DNA of 47,689 bases, taken from NCBI GenBank assembly GCA_001275005.1, contig JWZX01002429.1, positions 1 through 47,689 on the forward strand, written 5' to 3'. Positions 11,001 to 20,812 of this stretch are shown here, one piece after another (position 1 is the stretch's first letter; each line of letters begins with the position of its first letter). Below the pieces are notes generated by a model. The model worked only from the letters and a program-made list of their open reading frames with translations, was not told the DNA's origin and searched no databases. Source of the stretch: Chrysochromulina tobinii. Lineage: Eukaryota. The position numbers and the translations under genes are program-made.

Positions 11001-12172
11001 GGTGCCGTTGGCGTGCTCGTGGTGCAGGCCTCGCCCTCAAGCATTGCCACGGCGTCCGCGGCTCCGCAGGCGTGCGCCGCCGCCAAGCTCGACATCAGCG
11101 ACGACGACGCCGACCCCGCGCCCTCGCCGTCCTCCTCCTCGCCGCCCTCCTCCTCGCCGTCGTCGTCGTCAGTCTCGTCATACTCGTCATTCTCGTCGCC
11201 GGTCTCGTCATTCTCAGCGAGCATCGCCGAGCGCTCCGCAAAGTACTGCGCCGCCGGCGTGCTGTACTGGGGCGGCGGCGGCGGCGGCGGCGGGGGAGGG
11301 GGAGGCGGGCCTCGCCCCGGCGGCATCGGCGATGGCTTGAGGCTCTTTCGCGCGTGCTTGCCGCGCGATCTCGACGCGATCTCGGTCGCTGCTCGAGCGG
11401 GCGCCGTCGCGGGCGCCGTCTTGGGCGCCGTTGTGGGCGGCGGTCGACCTGGGCGCCCTCCGTAGTGCCCGAGCGCCGTCCCGAGCGCCGCCAGGCATGC
11501 GGCCGTCTCCGCCCCGCCCACGACGGCAGAGGCAGCGGAGGCGCTCGGGACGGCGCTCGTTGTGGCGTGTAGGGCCGTTGACGAAACCGGATGGGACCAC
11601 GCGGGCGGTTGGCTCGGTCGAGAGAGCCCTTGACGAAACGCCGCCAACGGGTTCTCGGCCAGCGTGCTGCCGTCGGCGTCCACGACGAAGCGTGCCGCCT
11701 TGGCGCCAACGGCCGTTTGAAGGTTGACGAAATCGGCCTTGGCGACCCCGGTGGCCATCTCTTCGACGTTGCCCAGCCGGCGCCCAAGGCTGACTTCGAT
11801 CCCGCCGCCCAGGCCGAGCCCGGCTGCCAACGAGCAGCGGCCGGGCGGTTGGGCATGCCTAATTTGGACATGCATGGCCTGCGCCATGCGCTCGATCGCC
11901 TCATCGGCCTCCCCTGGCAAGCGGCCGGACGCCGATGCGCTCGCCACGGCGCTCGCGCTGTTGCGGGCGGACGCCGACGCGCTCGCCACGGCGCCAGGGG
12001 GTCCTTCTCCAAACTCTCCGAGCAACCCTCCGTCGGCGGCGAGTTCGTCTCCCCGTGCGCCATTCGACGAGCGCGAGCGCGACGACGCCGCCGCCGCCGC
12101 CGCCGATGCCGCCGGCAGCAGCGGGGCCGCGCCAAGTTCGGAAAGCGAGCACTCGGTGGTCCCTCGTTTCCA

Positions 12173-12206
<34 letters not shown>

Positions 12207-13557
12207 AGATTCATATGAATCTCATCCTTTTTAGGCGCGGTTGGCTTGCCTAATTTGGGAGAGCCCTCCCACGTCTCCTTAAAGTGGCGCGCGAGCATCG
12301 CCTCGTGCCTCTGCATCTCCTTGGCCGCCACACCACGCGCCACCGCCCCGGCAGGGTTGGTGTAGGCCGCATACGCCTTCGCGCGTCGGTCCGCGGCTTC
12401 GACCGACTTGAGCTCGATGGCGAGATCGACGTGCGCACGCTCGAGGAGGGCACGCACCTGATGAGGGAGGCAATCAGACGTCATTAGAGGACATCAGAGG
12501 GTATCAGAGGTCATCAGAGGTCATCAGAGGTCATCAGTGGGTCATCAGAGGTCATCAGAGGTCATCAGCGGGCACGCACGTGCGCCTGGCTTCCCCGCGC
12601 CGCCGCCGCCTGACGCGCCGCCGCCGCGTCCGCCGCCGCCGCCGCCAGCCGCCTCTCCGTCGCTCCAGCCACCTCTTCCGCGCGCTCGCGCGCCGAGGGC
12701 CCGTTGACGAACCCGTGCTTCTCCGTCGCACCCCAATCGATCTGACGACGCACGCGGGTGCCCGGCACGGCGCCGCGGCTTGCGGCCGCCTCGAAGCGAG
12801 CGACGCCGCCCGGCACGGCGCCGCATGGGCCGCCATTCGCACCGCCGCCGCCCGCGCCGCCGTTCGCACCGCCGCCCGTTGCAAGCCCGAGGGCGGCATG
12901 GCGGCGGACGGCGGCGAACGCATAGGGTCGCGAAGTACCGCCGGCGTCATGCAGATGCGAGGAGGCGTAGTCGACGCGCACGCGCGAGCGCTGCACCGTG
13001 AGCGGCACCATCGCCGCCTCGGCCGCCGCCTGCGCCGCCGCCTGCCGGGCTGCCTCGACGCTCGCCGCAGCCGCCGACTGCTGTGACGTGGCCACCTGCT
13101 TGGCACGCGACGCCTCCGTCTCGGCCACGTAGGCGCGGCGGGTGGCCGTCGCCTGGCGCGCCCAGTCCTCCTCGGCCGCGCGCGTCGCCACGGCCAGCGC
13201 CGCGCGTGCCTCGCGCGCAGCCTCGTGCTCGAGCTCCCGCTTCCAGAGCTCAAGGTTGGCGGCTGCGTCGGCCGCCTGCGTGGCGACGACGCCCGCGGCA
13301 GCGCCGTGCGCCTCGCCGATGCCGCGCAGAAGCTGCTGCACCTTGGTGCGGCCCAGGTTTACCTCATCCTCGTGCCGCTCCTCCCACGCGCGAGCCTCCT
13401 GCGAGAGCAGCACGCCCTCGTACCTCGCCGACGTCTCGCGGAAGGACGAGCGCGTCGCAGCGGCGATCTTCTTCTCCTGCTCGCGCACCTCGCGCAGGCG
13501 CTGCTGCCGGCGCTGGGCCGCGTCCTCCGCCATGCGGCGCTCCTCAGGAGTGAGCAT
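8039..13557 (-). CDS. Large low-complexity protein with a CEP295/Ana1-like N-terminal coiled coil; 2 exons (13557-12580, 12457-8039)
   Basis: The N-terminus RRQQRLREVREQEKKIAAATR..ARAWEE..LRGIGEAH resembles the CEP295 N-terminal motif as recalled. GT-AG intron 12579-12458 joins the two ORFs in phase 0. The rest is Pro/Ala-rich with a VIVPPGATPGQ module and C-terminal repeats. Confidence 0.6.
8115..8520 (-). repeat. Coding tandem repeat, 69-bp unit (GLGGNFGAHDGAGYGAHDGAxFx), about 6 copies; degenerate GAHDG units continue to about 8930
   Basis: GTTGCCCCCCAGG recurs at 8159, 8228, 8297, 8366, 8435 and 8504. Confidence 0.9.
9161..9256 (-). repeat. Perfect 12-bp coding tandem repeat x8 (GPNL)
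   Basis: (GAGATTGGGTCC)8 on the plus strand. Confidence 0.95.
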
Positions 13558-14258
13558 GGAGCGACTTTGGGGGCTCAAGCCCGGAGCGCGCGCGCCACAC
13601 GGCCCGATGGCGCGGGGCTTCTCGCGCGCTTTCGGCTTCACGCGGGATGCTGCTGTGAAACACACGATTTAACTTCTAACACACAGGACCCCGTTGCACA
13701 AGGCGTCTCTCGCTATGGTCGACGCTTTTCACGCACACGCTCTCCGGGACCCCCTGCACGATATACCAGAACAACGAGCATGCAAGTAAGCACAGCAAGC
13801 ATGAAGCAAGCTTTCTACCCGGGGCTGGCTACTGGAGTAACTGAGGAGTATTCGGTTACGCTTGTTTAGATACGTGTGGTGTTTCGACTAATTCGGCCTG
13901 ATATTAGCTTGCTCTACATACTACAACGCAACCATTGAAAGAAACACGCTCATGGAAACACTGCTTGATATAAAACCCCGTTGCGGGGAAAAGTGTAATG
14001 TCACAACGGACGCAACAATGTGAACCCCGGCACCCAACACCCGAACTCGGAACAGAACACACGTGGCGCCGCGCACGCGGGCGGTGGGCACAGCGGCACA
14101 CAGAGGCAATGGTACAGGGGCGCACGAGGCGCACACAGCCTGAGCCTTAGCCACAGCCTTAGGTTTGGCACAGCCGAGGCCCATGTTTGCATGTAACCGA
14201 GCTAGCTCAGCCACACTGAGCCTCACCGAACGCAGCACTCAAACTTACCAATGCCAAT

Positions 14259-15032
14259 TCAAGCTGCTGGATGCTCACGCAGCCATGTGGCTGCTTTCTC
14301 TGTGGCAGTGGGGTAATCATCGATCGAGGCGCTCGCCACCATCGAGTAGTAGCGGCGCGCCATCTTCTCGTCTTTCGGGAAGCCCCAGTCGCCAACAGCG
14401 TATGCGCGCCCCAGAATGTAGCACGCGTATTTGCTGCCGCGTGCGGCGGTGTCGCCCATCAGCATAGCGCCACGCACAGGGCACTTTGGCACGCCATACC
14501 CCAGCAAGTAGCACCTGCCAAGGCCGACAGTCCCACATGCATTCACAGCCTCGTGGCTCTTCTCGTACCACTCGAAAGCCTTGGCATCGTCCTTTGCGAG
14601 GCCCTTCTGACCACTCTCGTAACAAACTCCCAGGTTGTACATCGCCGCGCCATCACCAGCCTCGGCCTCACGCAGCATCTCCGCCACCTCCTCCTCCTCC
14701 TCCAGCTTCAGCTTCCACGCGTCAACCTTGTCGCCCGTGAGAGTGCCCGAGGTGACCATCGCGCGGATCATGTTCTTGACCCGCAGCGCCGGCTGCAGCC
14801 TCATGCCCATCGCCAAGTTCGTCACCGGGCTCTTGTGCTGCTGCTTGAGCCACTCCTCGATGGCCGAGCGCTCGTACACGTTGCCGTCCTCTGCCATGAC
14901 GGGGTCGACGGGCAGCGAGAAGGTGATGGGGCAGAGGAACTCGTTCATGGCCTCGTTGACCGCGCTCTTGGTTCGACGTAGCTCCTGCGACGTCTCGTCC
15001 TCGGCAGGCGCGCGGCCGCGCTTGGGCGGCAT
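14259..15032 (-). CDS. U-box + Sel1-like repeat protein (putative E3 ubiquitin ligase), copy 1
   Basis: EFLCPITFSLPVDPVMAEDGNVYERSAIEEWL..SPVTN (U-box). AMYNLGVCYESG..KAFEWYEKS (Sel1). Starts MPPKRGR. Confidence 0.9.
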   Translation of the reverse strand: MPPKRGRAPAEDETSQELRRTKSAVNEAMNEFLCPITFSLPVDPVMAEDGNVYERSAIEEWLKQQHKSPVTNLAMGMRLQPALRVKNMIRAMVTSGTLTGDKVDAWKLKLEEEEEVAEMLREAEAGDGAAMYNLGVCYESGQKGLAKDDAKAFEWYEKSHEAVNACGTVGLGRCYLLGYGVPKCPVRGAMLMGDTAARGSKYACYILGRAYAVGDWGFPKDEKMARRYYSMVASASIDDYPTATEKAATWLREHPAA

Positions 15033-15429
15033 GGCGATGCCGGTGGGCACAAGGAGGAAGGCGCGCACCAACCTCGCCGCTCAACACGACGCTTTAATCT
15101 CGATGAGCGATGACGCGGGGATCCTCGCGCTTACGTTGCTAGCAACAACGCGCGCGCAGAAACTTGCGAAGTCAGAAATATGTCCCGACGCAACATTAAA
15201 CCCGGTACCCAACACCCGATCTCGGAACAGAACTTGCCTCTTGCGTGGCGCCGCGCGCGCGGGCGGTGGGTTCAGTTCAGTTTCAGTTCAGTGGGCACAG
15301 TGAGAGGCAGTGGCAAGGGGCGCAGCCACGCACAGCCTTAGGTTTGGCACAGCCGAGGCCCATGTCACCGAGCTAGCTCAGCCGCACTGAGCCTCACCGA
15401 ACGCAGCACTCAAACTTACCAATGCCAAT

Positions 15430-16206
15430 TCAAGCTGCTGGATGCTCACGCAGCCATGTGGCTGCTTCCTCCTTTGCGTCGTCGGAGCAATCATCGATCG
15501 AGGCGCTCGCCACCATCGAGTAGTAGCGGCGCGCCATATTCTCGTCCTTCGGGAAGCCCCAGTCGCCTTTAGCGTATGCGAGCCCCAGAGTGCAGCACGC
15601 GGCTTTCCTGCCGCGCTCAGCGGCCTGGCTCATCAGCGTACTGGCACGCATGGGGCACTTCGGCACGCCATTCCCTTCCAAGTAGCACCAACCAAGGCTG
15701 CAAGTCCCACTTGCGTGCCCAGCCTCGTGGCTCTTCTCGTACCACTCGAAAGCCTTGGCCTCGTCCTTTGCGAGGCCCTTCGTACCACTCTCGTACCAAA
15801 TCCCCAGGACGCACATCGCATCGCCATGACCAGCCTCGGCCTCACGCAGCATCTCCGCCACCTCCTCCTCCTCCTCCAGCTTCAGCTTCCATGCGTCCAC
15901 CTTGTCACCCGTGAGAGTGCCCGAGCTGACCATCGCGCGGATCATGTTCTTGACCCGCAGCGCCGGCTGCAGCCTCGAGCCCATCGCCAAGTTCGTCACC
16001 GGGCTCTTGCGCTGCTGCTCGAGCCACTCCTCGATGGCCGAGCGCTCGTACACGTTGCCGTCCTCCGCCGTGACGGGGTCGACGGGCAGTGAGAAGGTGA
16101 TGGGGCAGAGGAACTCGTTCATGGCCTCGTTGACCGCGCTCTTGGTTCGACGTAGCTCCTGCGACGTCTCGTCCTCGGCAGGCGCGCGGCCGCGCTTGGG
16201 CGGCAT
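15430..16206 (-). CDS. U-box + Sel1-like repeat protein, copy 2
   Basis: Same architecture; near-identical U-box to copy 1. Confidence 0.9.
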   Translation of the reverse strand: MPPKRGRAPAEDETSQELRRTKSAVNEAMNEFLCPITFSLPVDPVTAEDGNVYERSAIEEWLEQQRKSPVTNLAMGSRLQPALRVKNMIRAMVSSGTLTGDKVDAWKLKLEEEEEVAEMLREAEAGHGDAMCVLGIWYESGTKGLAKDEAKAFEWYEKSHEAGHASGTCSLGWCYLEGNGVPKCPMRASTLMSQAAERGRKAACCTLGLAYAKGDWGFPKDENMARRYYSMVASASIDDCSDDAKEEAATWLREHPAA

Positions 16207-16592
16207 CGCGACGCCGGTGGGCACCAAGGAGAAAGGCGGCACCAACCTCGCCGCTCAACACGACGCGTATGATCTCGATGCCCAATGACGCGGGGTTCCT
16301 CGCGCTTACGTTGCTTGCAACAACGCGCGCGCAGAAACTTGCGGAACTCAGAAATATGTCCCGACGCAACATCAAACCCGGTACCCAACACCCGATCTCG
16401 AAACAGAACTTGTGTGGCGCCGCGCGCGCGGGCGGTGGGCACAGTGAGAGCTGAGAGGCAGTGGCACACCGGGCGCAGCCACGCACAGCCTTAGGTTTCG
16501 GAGGTTTGGCACAGCCGAGGCCCATGTAACCGACGCTAGCTCAGCCGCACTGAGCCTCACCGAACGCAGCACTCAAACGTACCAATGCCGAG

Positions 16593-17375
16593 TCAAGCTG
16601 CTGGATGCTCACGCAGCCATGTGGCTGCTTCCTCTTTGTTAGCAGCGGTGCAATCATCGAGCGCGGCGCTCGCCACCATCGAGTAGTAAAGGCGCGCCAT
16701 CTTCTCGTCCTTCGGGAAGCCCCAGTCGCCTTTAGCGTATGCGAGCCCCAGAGTGCAGCACGCGGCTTTGCTGCCGCGCTCAGCGGCCCGGCCCATCAGC
16801 GTACTCGCACGCACAAGGCACATTGGCACGCCATGACCATGCAAGTAGCAATTGCCAAGGCTGCCAGTCCCACTTGCATCCCCAGCCTCGTGGCTCTTCT
16901 TGTACCACTCGAAAGCCTTGGCCAAGTCCTTTACGAGGCCCATCTCACCATACTCGTACGAAACTCCCAGGTCGTACATCGCCCTGCCATCGCCCGCCTC
17001 GGCCTCACGCAGCATCTCCGCCACCTCCTCCTCCTCCTTCAGCTTCAGCTTCCACGCGTCCACCTTGTCACCCGTGAGAGCGCCCGAGGCGACCATCGTG
17101 CGGATCATGTTCTTGACCCGCAGCGCCGGCTGCAGCCTCGTGCCCATCGCCAAGTTCGTCACCGGGCTCTTGTGCTGCTGCTTGAGCCACTCCTCGATGG
17201 CCGAGCGCTCGTACACCTTGCCGTCCTCGGCGATGACGGGGTCGACGGGCAGCGAGAAGGTGATGGGGCAGAGGAACTCGTTCATGGCCTCGTTGACCGC
17301 GCTCTTGTGTCGGCGAAACTCCTGCGCCGTCTCATCCTTGGCCACGGCAGCCGCGCGGCCGCGCTTGGGCGGCAT
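16593..17375 (-). CDS. U-box + Sel1-like repeat protein, copy 3
   Basis: Same architecture. The upstream sequence differs from copies 1 and 2, so this marks the array edge. Confidence 0.9.
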   Translation of the reverse strand: MPPKRGRAAAVAKDETAQEFRRHKSAVNEAMNEFLCPITFSLPVDPVIAEDGKVYERSAIEEWLKQQHKSPVTNLAMGTRLQPALRVKNMIRTMVASGALTGDKVDAWKLKLKEEEEVAEMLREAEAGDGRAMYDLGVSYEYGEMGLVKDLAKAFEWYKKSHEAGDASGTGSLGNCYLHGHGVPMCLVRASTLMGRAAERGSKAACCTLGLAYAKGDWGFPKDEKMARLYYSMVASAALDDCTAANKEEAATWLREHPAA

Positions 17376-17961
17376 CGCGACGCCGATGAGCGCCGTCGTG
17401 GCGCGAATTCTCAATTCACAGCGCCCCACTGCGCCCCGACGGCTTCCCAGGACGTGCACAGGACACTCTAGCATGATTATCCACACTCTCGACGCGTGCT
17501 AGAGACCTTCAGTCGTATCCACTGCTGCGAGTCGGTAAACCGGGTCCGGGACGTTCCGGTCGCATGCACGTAGAGTTACGTCAAGCGCCGTCCCGGTGAA
17601 AGGGCGCGCGGAGTCCCCGCGCGCGAGTCGAAGAGTGTTTGTCCGGTGTGACATCTAAGAACCTCTGACAGACTTCAGCCCGCTCTCGAGAGGTCAGGTC
17701 AACTCGCCGGACCTCCTAAGCGGCATGCAAGGGTCCCAGGAGCCGAGGGCTCCGGTTCCCACCCCGCGTTGAGTGGAGTCAGAGTCCTTGAGAGTGACAG
17801 TGAGTCTCTCTAGTAACTTCTGTATTATGTAGTCGTGTACGAAAGCCCACAATTTGGTGAATCCCCACGTCAAGCAGAAGCACCACGACACTCCCGCACA
17901 CCGGTGCACAGTCCATACAGACCCCGCAATGCGATGCGCTTGCGAGTACTCGTACACACGC

Positions 17962-20463
17962 TCAGATGCTCCAGAACCTATCCTCTGGCGTGTCCAAGTC
18001 TGCAACTTCTGTCGGCTGCGCCGTGCGCTGAGGCGGCGGTAGCGCAGAGACCCGCGGCATCGAGATGGGCGGTAAGTCTCTCGAATTCGGCTCGAACTTC
18101 GCCCGGCTTTGGTCGAAACTCGCGCGGCGCGCCACCGCCAGGCGCCAGGAGCGAGCTCGCTCGAGGGCCGCGTGCTTCGCAGGTGGGGGTGGGGCAGACA
18201 CAGGGTCAGACTCTGAAGTGGGCGACTTCTCCTGTGTGGACGCACGCTTCGTGCGGGTGAACGAAGGCCGGCGCCGGAATAAAGAAGTGTGACTCTGCTT
18301 GACGTCGGTGGACTGCGCATGCTCATCTGGCTCATCTGCTGCGAGCATCTGGAGCAACTCATCCGCTTGTTCGAGCCACTGCAGCTGTCTGTGGAACGTT
18401 TGGCTATAGGAGCTCTCGACGTGGAGTATGGGGTTCGTCGAGGCTTCTGCCTTCTCTCGCAACTCGCGCTGCAGCTTCGACCGTAGCATGAACAGATCGA
18501 GCTGCAGGCTACTACCTGTCGCACCACCTGATCCCGAGGAGCCGTTACCTGCTGCACCACCTCCCTTGAACGAGGCTGCATGCACCGAGGCCCCCTCGAC
18601 GTCTGCTTCCTTGACTGACGCCGCGGCCGGGGCAGCCGCTAGACTGGCCGGCGCAGACCAAAAGCCCAGGGACGGCGCATGGCTCAGAGTGGACAGGGAG
18701 ACCCGGCGCAAGAACGAGGCCGTGCGCCTCAGCTTCACGCCACCTCCGACCGTCGCTGTGGCCTCAGAAGGCGGAAGGGCGACCGGTATGGGTAGCGAGG
18801 GCGACGGCTCGATTTCGAGCACGAGCCTTCCCACCGCCACCTCGGCTTGCTCGAGCCACTGTAGACGGCTTTGGAAGCGCTGGCTGTAGGGGCTCTCCAC
18901 GTCCAGCACCGGGCTCGTCGAAGCCTCGATCTTCTCTTGCAATTGGCGCCGCAGCTTTGCTCGTAGCTCGCTCAGGCCGTGTGGCAGGCTACCTGCTCCG
19001 GCGGCCTCCTCGGCAAGGCTCGCCGCGGGCGGCAGATAGTCAAAGGCGGGCGAAAGGCCAACCGTTGAGCCGACCGTTTCTACAGCGCGGGTCGCAGCAT
19101 CACCGCTGCCGATCGTTGAGCCGACCGTTCCTACAGCGAGAACCACGGCATCATCACTGCCAATGTCAACACGACGGCGCGGCAGGCGGAGTTGCGTGCC
19201 CGTCTCGGCGCCCGTCTCGGTACAAGTCGAGTGATGCATGGGCGGCGCTGTCGGCTGAGCGCTCGCATTCCTGGGAGCCTGCTCGGGGTGCGACAATCCC
19301 TTCGTCCCATTTGTGACCGACTCCAAAGCGGGTGAGTGTTCCGTCCCGTGCTGACACAGCGCCTTGATCGCGCGCCAGCCACGTAGCAGCTTCAGCCTTG
19401 TCGCGTGTGATGTCGCGAGGGAGGCGGTGGCGAAGGCGGTCGCGGCATGCGACCGAACATACGGCCGGCCCTCCAAGCAAAACGCGCGTGCGGTCGCCTG
19501 ACCAGCGTGCGCGCGTGCACTTGTTTGGAAGGCCCGAAACCCGCGCCGCAGCCGACGAAGCCCCTCCCATGTGGCAAGGGCTCTGAGAGCTTCGTTGGTA
19601 GAATTGTAACTGGAGGTGGGATCAGTGGCGGGCCTCGGCGTCGACCTCGGCGACGGCCGCGACGCTTCTTCTCGCCGCACCAGCCGAGTGCGCACGACCA
19701 GAGGGCTAAGTGGCTCCCAGCCCCTCGGCACGACCTGCAGCATGCCTTCAGGCGACTGGCGTGGCACCTCTTCGGTGTTCACCAGCGTGGAGGAGGCGCG
19801 CCGAAGGCCAGTGAGGGAGAAGAGCGACGTAGGGCGAGGCGAGGCGGGCGAGGCGGGCGAGGCGGGCGAGGCGGGCGAGGCGTTCGAGGATCGGCGAGGC
19901 GCTTCTTCTGGGCGCACGAGATGACGGCGCGCCACGGGCACTTCTTCGATGACGACAAGCGAGGTGCGCTTGAGGGCCTTGAGACGCGGCATTTGTTTGA
20001 GCCGCACGAGCCGACGGCGCTGTTCGTGCCACCACGCTAGCCAGCGCACCCAGTGCCGCGTCACGCCGGTGCACTGCATCGGACGCCGTGATGAGATCGC
20101 GCTGATGAGATCGATGAGCCTGTGCCTCGTAGCAGCCTCGTGCGTCCACGTCGCCATGACCGCTTCCACCGCGCGAATGACTGCGCGCGTACGACCGCGA
20201 TCGCGCAAGTGCTTGTTGAACCGTCGTTGGCGCGACAACTCTATCCAACGAGTCATCGCAGCTGCGAGCTCCGCGTTCCGCAAGCGCCGCCCTGCAAGAC
20301 TGAGAACAACGTCCACCGCCTGGAAGCGCATCTGGTTGTGGCCAAACGGGTCCAGTGCACCTTGGACTCGGGCGTGGACCCCGAAACGCCACAGTAGGCC
20401 TTGGACCCTATCGGACAGACTGCTCACGTGCTGGCTGGCGCCCGCCTCACCGTTTCCGACCAT
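17962..20463 (-). CDS. Hypothetical protein (833 aa) with a duplicated internal ~45-aa module
   Basis: Long ATG-started ORF between recognised genes. LRAKLRRQLQEKIEASTSPVLDVESPYSQRFQSRLQWLEQAE recurs as LRSKLQRELREKAEASTNPILHVESSYSQTFHRQLQWLEQAD. Confidence 0.65.
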   Translation of the reverse strand: MVGNGEAGASQHVSSLSDRVQGLLWRFGVHARVQGALDPFGHNQMRFQAVDVVLSLAGRRLRNAELAAAMTRWIELSRQRRFNKHLRDRGRTRAVIRAVEAVMATWTHEAATRHRLIDLISAISSRRPMQCTGVTRHWVRWLAWWHEQRRRLVRLKQMPRLKALKRTSLVVIEEVPVARRHLVRPEEAPRRSSNASPASPASPASPASPRPTSLFSLTGLRRASSTLVNTEEVPRQSPEGMLQVVPRGWEPLSPLVVRTRLVRREEASRPSPRSTPRPATDPTSSYNSTNEALRALATWEGLRRLRRGFRAFQTSARAHAGQATARAFCLEGRPYVRSHAATAFATASLATSHATRLKLLRGWRAIKALCQHGTEHSPALESVTNGTKGLSHPEQAPRNASAQPTAPPMHHSTCTETGAETGTQLRLPRRRVDIGSDDAVVLAVGTVGSTIGSGDAATRAVETVGSTVGLSPAFDYLPPAASLAEEAAGAGSLPHGLSELRAKLRRQLQEKIEASTSPVLDVESPYSQRFQSRLQWLEQAEVAVGRLVLEIEPSPSLPIPVALPPSEATATVGGGVKLRRTASFLRRVSLSTLSHAPSLGFWSAPASLAAAPAAASVKEADVEGASVHAASFKGGGAAGNGSSGSGGATGSSLQLDLFMLRSKLQRELREKAEASTNPILHVESSYSQTFHRQLQWLEQADELLQMLAADEPDEHAQSTDVKQSHTSLFRRRPSFTRTKRASTQEKSPTSESDPVSAPPPPAKHAALERARSWRLAVARRASFDQSRAKFEPNSRDLPPISMPRVSALPPPQRTAQPTEVADLDTPEDRFWSI

Positions 20464-20812
20464 CCTGCCGAGGAAGAACGTTTCGTTGAATTTTGTTTTG
20501 CTTGCGGAGAATCAAATTTGGAGGTTTCGTCGGCCGGGTGCTCTTGCATGCAATCCCAGTCGAACTCGTCTGGACAATAGCCCTCTTTCTTCTACCCTAC
20601 ACATACACAGTGCACGCACAATTGTGCACGTATACTGACTGTTCATGCAACAACACTCGCCTTTGGATTCTCGAATGCGAGTATCCGAATAGTCTCAACA
20701 GTCGCGGCGCCGACTCCGCCTCGCCTCGCCGTCCGGTCCCTCGTGCGACGTGGAAGGGCCCACACGCAATCGCAAACAGCTCGAGCCCAGGCGTACACGC
20801 CCCCTCTAGCTC

